This document shows, in pieces, positions 1 through 8,700 of a stretch of DNA of 64,000 bases. The notes under the pieces were generated by a model. That model searched no databases and was not told where the DNA came from. It was given only the letters and a program-made list of their open reading frames with translations. The stretch lies in IMG/VR virus record IMGVR_UViG_3300030330_003356, positions 1 to 64,000 of that record; one strand, written 5' to 3'. The stretch comes from a virus (Duplodnaviria; Caudoviricetes). The translations under genes were made by a program, and so were the position numbers. The stretch's first letter is position 1. Each line of letters starts with the position of its first letter.

Positions 1-31
1 AATGTCACTCAGCGTAGTGATCTTGGCGTCC

Positions 32-60
32 ATTCTATCATCAACTTTCAGAAAAGTCAA
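32..60 (-). promoter_or_regulatory. sigma70-like promoter firing leftward out of the window
   Basis: Reverse complement reads TTGACT-N17-TAGAAT (-35 at 60-55, -10 at 37-32). Confidence 0.6.
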
Positions 61-135
61 CCACCCCACTGATAAAAATTCCATAACAGTCCTCCGCAAA
101 ATTATAGAAAATGCTGATAAATATGCGTGAGTTGA

Positions 136-164
136 TTGACAATATCTCCCGCGTATCTTAGACT
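136..164 (+). promoter_or_regulatory. sigma70-like (early-type) promoter
   Basis: TTGACA (136-141), 17-nt spacer, TAGACT (159-164), upstream of the ATG at 193. Confidence 0.65.
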
Positions 165-192
165 AATTAAGTATCACCACTGGAGCAGATTC

Positions 193-366
193 ATGTCAGT
201 TTCTTACACTCAAGCACAGAAGCAACGTTACAGAATCACCCTAGATTTAGAGGTGCTCAGTGACTTTAACCCCCACCAAATTGATTGGGAAGAGTTATTC
301 AATCTGGAAGGGAATGAGCGTGTAGAAAGTTACATTGAAGACTTGAATAATCCAACCAGTTGGTGA
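193..366 (+). CDS. small hypothetical protein (57 aa)
   Basis: ORF-track frame. ATG at 193 follows a GGAG Shine-Dalgarno at 182-185; the track's start at 136 is the TTG of the -35 box. Confidence 0.7.
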   Translation: MSVSYTQAQKQRYRITLDLEVLSDFNPHQIDWEELFNLEGNERVESYIEDLNNPTSW

Positions 367-403
367 AGCCTAATGCACACTTTCTGAGAATATCAAGTGT
401 TAG

Positions 404-451
404 TGTGCCAGTACGATTACCTGCACACGATATGGTTTTGGGGGTGGATCT
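404..451 (+). promoter_or_regulatory. imperfect palindrome plus -10 box (early-promoter-like module)
   Basis: GTGTGCCAG-N9-CTGCACAC (404-428), a GC-rich stretch, then TATATT at 446-451; GGAGG SD downstream before the ORF at 520. Confidence 0.5.
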
Positions 452-519
452 GCCCTATATTAGGTACATCGGAGGGGGATCACACTTAACCCTCCGTTAA
501 CACTTCACTCCCTTAAATC

Positions 520-768
520 ATGTCTGCACAAACTTACAACGGTTGGGCAAATTATGAAACCTGGAATGCATCGTTGTGGATCAATAATGACGAGTCGATG
601 TATCGTCAGGTGTTGGGATTAGTCAACAGTAAGGTGACACAATGGACTGATATTGCAGGCGTGTTAACAACACTTTTCGGTGATAAAACTCCCGATGGTG
701 TTGCATGGAATGATCCTACGATTGATGCAGATGAGATGAACGAAATGCTGGCAGAATTGATCAACTGA
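520..768 (+). CDS. hypothetical protein with N-terminal YNGWxNYETWN motif
   Basis: 82-aa ORF. The GWxNYETWN..LW motif is one I recall from small phage proteins. Confidence 0.8.
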   Translation: MSAQTYNGWANYETWNASLWINNDESMYRQVLGLVNSKVTQWTDIAGVLTTLFGDKTPDGVAWNDPTIDADEMNEMLAELIN

Positions 769-801
769 TTAACACTTACTATTCACCTCTTATCTAACAT
801 C

Positions 802-969
802 ATGTCCCAGAAATCATCCGCCACTGTCTATCGTCAACTCTTCACTGTTTCGCAGTGGGATGCTATTAGTTCCGCAATGAAAGATTACGCGGATTATGGT
901 AACGAAGAGGCGACGATTGCAGACGAGATTGTTGCAAAAATCAGCACCATATTTCGTCTCACTGAGTGA
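802..969 (+). CDS. small hypothetical protein (55 aa, not in ORF track)
   Basis: Hand translation ATG802-TGA969: MSQKSSATVYRQLFTVSQWDAISSAMKDYADYGNEEATIADEIVAKISTIFRLTE; fills the gap after ORF 520-768. Confidence 0.65.
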   Translation: MSQKSSATVYRQLFTVSQWDAISSAMKDYADYGNEEATIADEIVAKISTIFRLTE

Positions 970-989
970 TACTTTCGTCGGGGTTATTC

Positions 990-1018
990 GTGGGGGTTCT
1001 TGTTAATCAGTCCCCCAC
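990..1018 (+). other. GC-rich hairpin after the small-ORF cluster
   Basis: GTGGGGG-N15-CCCCCAC inverted repeat; no clear U-tract. Confidence 0.4.
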
Positions 1019-1023
1019 AGTTC

Positions 1024-1053
1024 TTGACAGTTTCGGCAGCAATGTGGTAGGAT
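1024..1053 (+). promoter_or_regulatory. sigma70-like promoter with extended -10
   Basis: TTGACA (1024-1029), 18-nt spacer, TG-g-TAGGAT (1045-1053). Confidence 0.55.
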
Positions 1054-1059
1054 ATTCGT

Positions 1060-1190
1060 GTTAGGCAGTTCCCGCGATTATGGGGGCGTTTATGTGCGCC
1101 GTCGATGCGTATATAAAAATGCCTAACTACCCTAACCTACAGAGGTGACAAAACGCGAGAGTGATTTCACTTTCATAAAAAAAATTTTTG
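1060..1190 (+). ncRNA. candidate structured non-coding RNA or cis element
   Basis: Begins at the predicted TSS. An 8-bp stem GTTAGGCA (1060-1067)/TGCCTAAC (1120-1127) encloses internal hairpins, with further hairpins downstream. No family assigned. Confidence 0.3.
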
Positions 1191-1192
1191 CC

Positions 1193-1333
1193 ATGAAAAA
1201 AACGCCCTATTGGAATTTTTGGAAGGTTGTACTTGCAGGGTGGATGATAAGATATCCACACATTGTATTTCGCCCCATCATGTTTCTGGTAGGGATTTTT
1301 CTTGTCTTGATATATAATGCGATTGTAAATTAA
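1193..1333 (+). CDS. small membrane protein (46 aa)
   Basis: ORF-track frame from the ATG at 1193; hydrophobic C-terminal segment IMFLVGIFLVLIYNAIV. Confidence 0.65.
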   Translation: MKKTPYWNFWKVVLAGWMIRYPHIVFRPIMFLVGIFLVLIYNAIVN

Positions 1334-1369
1334 AAAGAACTAAAAAAAATTTTCGGAGGAAAAAAATGT

Positions 1370-1573
1370 ATGAGTAAGATTTATCACATATATGCTAAGG
1401 GTGAATGTTTGTATCATAGTTTAACTGAGCAACAATTCCAAGATACCTGGCAACAACTTCAAGGTATGGTAGGATTGATGAAGACAGACTATGCAGCGGA
1501 GGATCTCTCATATGAAACTGTACAACTATTAAATGAAGGATACGGAGAACCGAACGGATCTCCATCATATTGA
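1370..1573 (+). CDS. conserved-type cyanophage hypothetical protein (67 aa)
   Basis: ORF track; GGAGG SD at 1355-1359. Confidence 0.8.
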   Translation: MSKIYHIYAKGECLYHSLTEQQFQDTWQQLQGMVGLMKTDYAAEDLSYETVQLLNEGYGEPNGSPSY

Positions 1574-1598
1574 CAACTACATATCACTGAACTATAAT
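1570..1598 (+). promoter_or_regulatory. perfect-consensus sigma70 promoter for the glycosyltransferase operon
   Basis: TTGACA (1570-1575), 17-nt spacer, TATAAT (1593-1598). Confidence 0.8.
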
Positions 1599-1621
1599 TG
1601 AACTGAAGTTTATTCCAACTC

Positions 1622-2398
1622 ATGGCAAAAGGATTTACTGTTAAGACTGTTCCACCAAAGAAAGCGAAAGCACCTGAATGGGACATTGAAGCGATTAAGG
1701 GGCGAATGAAAGGTAAGAAGATTGTCTTCTGCCTCCCTGGACGTGGATGTTCATTCACGTTTCTAAAGAACTTTGTACAACTTTGTTTTGATCTTGTACA
1801 GAATGGAATGAGTATCCAGATCAGTCAGGATTACTCTTCAATGGTTAACTTTGCACGTTGTAAGTGTTTGGGTGCAAATGTATTGCGTGGCCCTGATCAG
1901 ATTCCTTGGGACGGCAAACTGGAGTATGATTATCAACTGTGGATTGACAGTGATATTGTCTTCAATACTGAAAAGTTCTGGCAGTTGTGTGACTTGGCAT
2001 TAAATGCTGAGGGCGAAGAGAAAGCAATTACTGCTGGATGGTATTCCACAGAAGATGGACAGACTACATCCGTTGCACACTGGTTGGAAGAAGATGACTT
2101 CCGAAAGAACGGTGGTGTAATGAATCATGAAACTGTCGAATCGATTTCCAAGCGTAAGAAACCATTCACGGTAGACTACACAGGTTTTGGATGGGTATTG
2201 ATTCAGAACGGTGTCTTTGAGAACACTGAGATGAAGTATCCATGGTTTGCTCCTAAGATGCAAGTCTTTGAGAGTGGTGCAGTTCAGGACATGTGTGGTG
2301 AGGACGTGTCATTCTGTCTGGATGCTATTGAAGCAGGTTATGAAATTTGGTGCGACCCTCGTATTCGGGTTGGCCACGAAAAAACTCGCGTTATCTGA
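1622..2398 (+). CDS. GT-A fold (GT2-like) glycosyltransferase
   Basis: IVFCLPG start strand, DxD motif (WIDSDIVF), GEDVSFC acidic motif, C-terminal WCDPRIRVGH. Confidence 0.7.
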   Translation: MAKGFTVKTVPPKKAKAPEWDIEAIKGRMKGKKIVFCLPGRGCSFTFLKNFVQLCFDLVQNGMSIQISQDYSSMVNFARCKCLGANVLRGPDQIPWDGKLEYDYQLWIDSDIVFNTEKFWQLCDLALNAEGEEKAITAGWYSTEDGQTTSVAHWLEEDDFRKNGGVMNHETVESISKRKKPFTVDYTGFGWVLIQNGVFENTEMKYPWFAPKMQVFESGAVQDMCGEDVSFCLDAIEAGYEIWCDPRIRVGHEKTRVI

Positions 2399-2410
2399 GG
2401 TACTTAAATT

Positions 2411-2560
2411 ATGGCAGTTCGTTCAAAGGTTGGATTGGTTAAGGACGGGTTTATGCCCGGCACCCCCAAGAAAACTCGTCAAGGAGATGGAAAGCACACC
2501 AAGTATGCGGCGACTTCTCGTAATGGTAAGCGCAAAGCATATCGTGGACAGGGTAAATAG
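2411..2560 (+). CDS. small highly basic protein (49 aa, not in ORF track)
   Basis: Hand translation: MAVRSKVGLVKDGFMPGTPKKTRQGDGKHTKYAATSRNGKRKAYRGQGK; GAGG SD at 2397-2400. Confidence 0.75.
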   Translation: MAVRSKVGLVKDGFMPGTPKKTRQGDGKHTKYAATSRNGKRKAYRGQGK

Positions 2561-2581
2561 GTGTAACGACTATGTTACGTT

Positions 2582-3235
2582 ATGGCAGCACTAATTTGCA
2601 ACCTCCCTTCGGTTGAAGTATGGGTAAGGAAAGAATACCTTACTGATCATCAATCTGGTTGGGGAGAATATGTAAAGGGCGTTTGGGTATCGGCTAAGTC
2701 GATTCCTGGACGCGCTTTTTATTTTGAGACATACTTACCAGAGTATGCAGCAATGTATGATAAGTTACCAATCAGTGCTTTTCTGGCGGAACCAAAGAAA
2801 CCTGATCCTGATATGAGTTTACATAATTTACAGTTTTGGAATTGTATGGATTATGGTGTGGTTGCTGTTCAGAAGCAGTTTATTGGTAGTATGGACTATG
2901 AAGTCTATACAAGAGATCATGGTACAATGAAAGGAACATATATTTGTACCATTGATAATTATCATCAAGATCCTGATACAGTTGACTATGCAACCTCAGA
3001 GAATCCAGCAGAACACAAGAGTCATAATTTAATTGAACTTGTGAATGGACAGTATGCATTGTATCCAAATAATAGAACAAGGATCTATGATAATAGTTTG
3101 ACACCAGAGAAACCAAAGACACCAGACTTTAAGGTATCAACTGAGTATTATCAAGTTGAGAATGGATATGACAGAATGGGACTTGGTGATCAAGAAAGTT
3201 ACTTCTGGAAAACTGCTCAGGAACGAGATAAATAA
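2582..3235 (+). CDS. conserved marine-phage hypothetical protein (217 aa)
   Basis: Long ORF in operon order before gp25; no recognised catalytic motif. Confidence 0.8.
   Translation: MAALICNLPSVEVWVRKEYLTDHQSGWGEYVKGVWVSAKSIPGRAFYFETYLPEYAAMYDKLPISAFLAEPKKPDPDMSLHNLQFWNCMDYGVVAVQKQFIGSMDYEVYTRDHGTMKGTYICTIDNYHQDPDTVDYATSENPAEHKSHNLIELVNGQYALYPNNRTRIYDNSLTPEKPKTPDFKVSTEYYQVENGYDRMGLGDQESYFWKTAQERDK
3228..3234 (+). promoter_or_regulatory. T4-like late promoter
   Basis: ATAAATA upstream of gp25. Confidence 0.6.
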
Positions 3236-3257
3236 AGCATAATTGCTTGTACATAGG

Positions 3258-3659
3258 GTGCCGATAGAACGTGCCAGTAAATCATTTAAGGACATTTCGA
3301 TGTCTTTTAAGGTAAGTCCGCTTACCTTTGATTTGATTGCAAATAAAAATGAGACTGCGATAGCACGTTCTATTCGTAATTTAATCCTTACTGCTCCTGG
3401 TGAACGTCCATTTAATCCTGAACTAGGATCACAAGTGAGTCGTTTATTATTTGATCCTATTGATGATATTACAACTGAAGCTTTAAGAGAGCAGATCGAA
3501 AATACAATTAATAACTTTGAACCTAGAGTTAAATTGCGTCAAGTGGTAGTTCAACCAAACCATGATGCAGGTGAATATGATATCTCTATTCGTTATGACA
3601 TTGTTGGGATAGAAGCAACTCCTCAACAATTATCATTCGCATTACAACAGACACGATAA
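3258..3659 (+). CDS. gp25: baseplate wedge subunit gp25
   Basis: AIARSIRNLILTAPGERPFNPELGS and IENTINNFEPRV motifs; precedes gp6. GTG start at 3258 preferred. Confidence 0.93.
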   Translation: MPIERASKSFKDISMSFKVSPLTFDLIANKNETAIARSIRNLILTAPGERPFNPELGSQVSRLLFDPIDDITTEALREQIENTINNFEPRVKLRQVVVQPNHDAGEYDISIRYDIVGIEATPQQLSFALQQTR

Positions 3660-5734
3660 TGGCACTAGTCAACTTTGCCAATTTAGATTTCGATCAGATC
3701 AAACAGTCGATCACTGAGTATCTGCGATCTAATTCTAATTTCACTGATTACGATTTTGAAGGATCTAATCTTTCAACAATTGTTGATGCGTTGGCGTATA
3801 ACACGTATATAACCTCATATAATGCCAATATGGTATCTAATGAGGTATTCATTGATTCCGCCACTCTCAGGGAGAATGTGGTGTCTCTGGCGAGAAATAT
3901 AGGATATACTCCTAAGTCAGCAAAGTCTGCAAGAGCAAATATATCTTTCATTGTTAACACTGCAAACTATTCTGTCAAACCTCAAACTATTACTTTAAAC
4001 AAAGGAGTAGTGGCGACATCAAACGGGTTTGGTAATACAAATTACACATTCTCCATTATGGAGGATATTACAGTACCGGTTGAAAATAATATCGCTACTT
4101 TTAGTAATATTGATGTATACGAAGGAACATATCTGACGACAGAATTTACATATAGCACATATGATCCTGATCAAAAGTATATTTTAGAAAATCCAAACAT
4201 TGATACTTCTTCACTTAATGTGATTTGGAAACCATCTCAAAGATCTTCAGTAAAAAGAAAGTATCGCTTATCTAATTCTTTATTTGAAGTTGATGGCGAT
4301 TCTCCTGTATATTGGATTCAAGAAATTGAAGATCAAAGATATGAATTAATTTTTGGCGATGGTGTATTTGGACGTGCATTACAAGAACCAAACTTTATTA
4401 GTGTTGCATATATTGCCACCAATGGTTCTGAAGCAAATGGAATTGATTCTCTTAACTTCAACGGAAAGTTAACCACATCCAGAGACAATGTAGAGATTGC
4501 ACAGGGTATCTCTAGAATAACTGTTAACACACCCTCTTTTGCAGGGGCTGATGTTGAGAGTGTTGAATCTATCAAGAAGTATGCACCTCAAACATATGCA
4601 TCTCAGAACAGAGCAGTAACTTCTACTGACTACGAACACATCATTCCTAAAATCTATCCAGAAGCAGAATCAATTTCTGTATTCGGTGGTGAAGAATTAA
4701 ATCCACCACAGTTTGGAAGAGTATTTGCAAGCATCAAACCAATCAATGGTGCATATCTTTCTAACTTGGTAAAAGATAATATTAAGAGAGAAATCAAACA
4801 ATATTCTGTTGGTGGTATTGATTTACAGATTACTGATTTGAAATACCTTTACATTGAAGCCCTTGTCAATGTTTATTATAACTCAAATGACGCAAACAAT
4901 GATAGTCAGATAACTTCACTTGTTTCTCAGAATATCGGAAGATATGCCGATTCAACTGAAGTTAATAAGTTTGGAGCAAGATTTAAGTATAGTAAGTTTC
5001 TGAATATTATTGATAATAGTAATTCTGCTATTACATCCAATATTACCACAATTCAAATGAGAAGGGATCTTAGAGCATCTCTTAATACGTTTGCCGAATA
5101 TGAAATTTGTTTTGGCAATAGATTCCATATTAAAAACCATGGACATGGAACGCATAGGGGGAAGATTGGATACAATATTAAATCATCTGGATTCCAGGTA
5201 AGTGGTGTCGCAGGAACTGTATATTTGATGGATGAACCTGATTTTAGTTTAGAAACGGGAACAATTAATTTAATTAGACTTAAGTCTGCTACAGAGGAAA
5301 TTATTGTTAGAAGAAATGTAGGATCGATTGATTACATAAAGGGTGAAATTAAACTCAATCCTGTCAATATTATTTCTACTTCTATAAGTAAAGACTTTCC
5401 TCTGATTGAGATCTCTGCTGTACCTTACTCTAATGATATTATCGGATTACAGGATCTTTATATTCAACTAGATACTAATAACATAACAATAAATTCTATC
5501 AATGATAGGATTGCTTCTGGTTATGACATATCAGGATCTGATTATATTGTTTCTTCAAGTTTTGCAAATGGAAGTTTAGTCCGTGGAACAGTTGATGCGA
5601 TAGCAATAAATCGAAATTCAAACGTTGAATCGACTACATCAACTACAACGACAACCTCTTATACACCGCCGACTAGTTCTGGTACAACCACAAGTTCAAC
5701 AACTTCAACTTCCTCTCCTACTTATTCATACTAA
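3659..5734 (+). CDS. gp6: baseplate wedge subunit gp6
   Basis: DYDFEGSNLS, FIDSATLRENVVSLA, YELIFGDG and QNRAVT motifs. Confidence 0.95.
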   Translation: MALVNFANLDFDQIKQSITEYLRSNSNFTDYDFEGSNLSTIVDALAYNTYITSYNANMVSNEVFIDSATLRENVVSLARNIGYTPKSAKSARANISFIVNTANYSVKPQTITLNKGVVATSNGFGNTNYTFSIMEDITVPVENNIATFSNIDVYEGTYLTTEFTYSTYDPDQKYILENPNIDTSSLNVIWKPSQRSSVKRKYRLSNSLFEVDGDSPVYWIQEIEDQRYELIFGDGVFGRALQEPNFISVAYIATNGSEANGIDSLNFNGKLTTSRDNVEIAQGISRITVNTPSFAGADVESVESIKKYAPQTYASQNRAVTSTDYEHIIPKIYPEAESISVFGGEELNPPQFGRVFASIKPINGAYLSNLVKDNIKREIKQYSVGGIDLQITDLKYLYIEALVNVYYNSNDANNDSQITSLVSQNIGRYADSTEVNKFGARFKYSKFLNIIDNSNSAITSNITTIQMRRDLRASLNTFAEYEICFGNRFHIKNHGHGTHRGKIGYNIKSSGFQVSGVAGTVYLMDEPDFSLETGTINLIRLKSATEEIIVRRNVGSIDYIKGEIKLNPVNIISTSISKDFPLIEISAVPYSNDIIGLQDLYIQLDTNNITINSINDRIASGYDISGSDYIVSSSFANGSLVRGTVDAIAINRNSNVESTTSTTTTTSYTPPTSSGTTTSSTTSTSSPTYSY
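5630..5731 (+). repeat. Ser/Thr-rich low-complexity C-terminal tail of gp6
   Basis: STTSTTTTTSYTPPTSSGTTTSSTTSTSSPTYSY. Confidence 0.9.
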
Positions 5735-5743
5735 AGACGTAAG

Positions 5744-8700
5744 ATGATATCAACCGATTTTCAGCGAGTACAGATTCAGGACATCATTGAGTATCAATTA
5801 CCTGCATTTGTAAGGGATGACTTTCCTCTTGTTGGCGAATTTTTAAAGCAGTATTATATTTCTCAGGAATATCCTACTGCACCATCTGATATCATTCAAA
5901 ATATTGATGAATATGTAAAACTTGAAACTCTTCTAAGTGGTGAGGAAGAAACTCGTCTTGATATTGATATTGATTTTGATGCTACCACCATCAATGCAAC
6001 ATTTGATCTTTATAATGATCAGTTTGGTACTTATAAGTTTCCCGAAAGATACGGACTTATTCAGATTGATGATGAGGTAATATTATATACAACTAGAAGT
6101 AATTATCAGTTCCTTGGTTGTGTACGTGGATTTAGTGGTGTAACTGCATTTAGTGATAACGATGAAGAACTGACATTTACTAGTTCAGAAGCAACATCAC
6201 ACGTTCAAGGTGCTAAGATCGTTAATCTCAGTAACATCTTACTGAGAGAGTTTTTAGTTAAACTCAAGAAACAAATTACTCCTGGATTTGAAAGAAGAGA
6301 GATTAACTCTGAAGTTAATGAAAGACTTTTCTTATCAAGAGCAAAAGATTTTTACCAATCGAAAGGAACAGATGAATCTTTTAGAATTCTGTTTGCTGCT
6401 CTATATGGAGAAAAAGCAGAAGTTGTAAAACCAAAAGAATTTCTGTTTAGGCCTTCTGATGCGGAGTACAGAAAGACAAAAGATATTGTTGTTGAAGCAA
6501 TTGTTGGTGATCCAACAAAATTAAAAAATCAAACTTTATATCAAGATGCATTTCCTGAGTATGGAATTAATCAGGCATATGCCACAATTATTGATGCAGA
6601 AAAAATTCAAAGAGGATCTGATACTTTCTATCAACTAAGTGTTGACTTTGATTATAGTAAAGACATCGATCTTACTGGAGGAACTGTTTTAGGAGACTTC
6701 GCTGCTCATCCTAAAACTCAAAACACAGTTTTAGTGTCATCCGGATCATCAATTATTGATGTTGACTCTACAATTGGTTTTCCAGATAGAGGGCAAATAT
6801 TTGTTAAAGGGCAAAGTGGTATCCTTACATATAGATCCAAAACTACAAACCAGTTTTTTGGAGTTGGTTTAGCTAACACCACAACCTTTGGAACTAACTA
6901 CGAAATCACCGCTGGAAGTGATTTAAGATTAAACGTTACTGCATATGGTTTTGAGGGAATTAACCCCGTCTCAGTCGCTTCTAGCGATGCCTCAGCGGTT
7001 GGAATCGCTTCCACTTCAAAGATCGAAATAAGAATAGGAAATGTTCTTGGTAAGAATACAGTTTATGGTGATACCTCTTACTATACTAACGAAGATATTA
7101 TCAAAATAAAATCTTTAGGTATTAGCACATCATCGGCGTTAGCTAACAATTGGTTTGATAATGTTAGCCCTAAGTATGATGTAAAGCAACTTTCACTAAT
7201 TGACTCTTCCAACTTTACATATTCAATTACATTATTTGCGGATAGTATTCTTAGAATAGGTGACAAAGTAACTGTTATTCAATCCAATGGAGTTGGAAAA
7301 CAAGGAGTAGTTGTAGATATAACAGATGCTAAAACTTTCTCCTTCTCAAGAGCAGGTGAATTGGTTGGAAGTAACTTTAGTGTAAGAAGAGATATTCTTA
7401 AACCAGATGTAAGTAGCGTAAACTCAAATTATTCTTACATCGAAAACGCTTTTGCTAATGTTCAGAACACTTATGCAAAATACAATGGTGATATTTTAGT
7501 TACATCATCTTCAATTCCATCTTATCATGACACTCCTCTTGATTTTTATGACAGAAAAGTTTCTTTAGATGGAAGTTTTAGTGGAGAAACTTTTGATGTA
7601 TCAAAGAATCATGGTTTCGTAACTGGAGATAAAATTTATTATGAATCTTATGTCTATGCTGACGATATAGGACAAACCGTAGAAAGTAAATTTCCTGAGA
7701 TTGATCCAGGAGTATTTTACGTTAAGAAAGTAAATAATACTCAATTTAAAATTGCATCTAGTTTAACTAACCTTTTCAATAATAATTTTGTTTCTGTTTC
7801 TGGTATTGTAACAAGCAATTATTTCTGTGTAAATGATTTCTATAAAAAAGATTTAGAACATCAAAAACTTGTTAGAGAGTTTAAATCACCAGTCAATGAT
7901 GGTGGGACTCATAGAACATCTCCAGGCAAAACTGGAATGTTAGTTAATGGTGTTGAGATTCTTAATTACAAATCTGGAGACAGCGTTTACTTTGGGACAA
8001 TTAATAGTTTAACAGTGTCTGCTGGTGGTGATGGATATGACGTAATTAATCCTCCTATTTTATCAATCCAAGATTCAACAGGTATTGGTGCAACAGGACT
8101 CGTAAATGTAAAAGGTGAGTTAGATAGAATTGATGTCATTGATCCTGGATTTGATTATGTTACTAATCCAATTGTTACAATTTCTGGTGGTAATGGATCA
8201 GATGCTTCTGCTTTTGCCAATACTAAACTAGTTACCCACTCAGTATCTTTCTTCGCAACATCAGATAATCCTCAAGTTGGGTTATCTTCAAATACGATTG
8301 GATTCACTACATTCCATAAATTTAGAGAATCTGAAAAAGTAATTTACAAAACTGATGGACAAAGTGCTATTGGAGGTATCTCTGCTGATGCAATTTATTA
8401 TGTTAAGACAGTTGATACTAAAACTATAAAATTATTCCTTACCGAAGGTGATTCTATTACAGGTTTAAACACAGTTAGCTTATCATCTAATGGTGTTGGA
8501 GTTCATAGATTTGAATCGTTTGATAAGAAGAGAGTCCTTTCTGATGTAATTGTTAAATCTTCCGGATCAAACTATGAAAATAAAGAAAGAACATCTGGAA
8601 CAAGTGGAATCAATACATCTCTGAATCAAATTAATATCTCAAATCACGGATTTAAATCTGGTGATACAGTAACATATTCTGGAAATGCTTCAGGACTTAG

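Noticed and set aside
1175-1366. Poly-A runs as programmed frameshift sites
   Set aside because: They are intergenic or upstream of the likely start codons, so no frame junction depends on them.
3258-3659. Lysozyme activity for gp25
   Set aside because: This is a legacy annotation. No catalytic motif is visible, and gp25 is a structural sheath-initiation protein.
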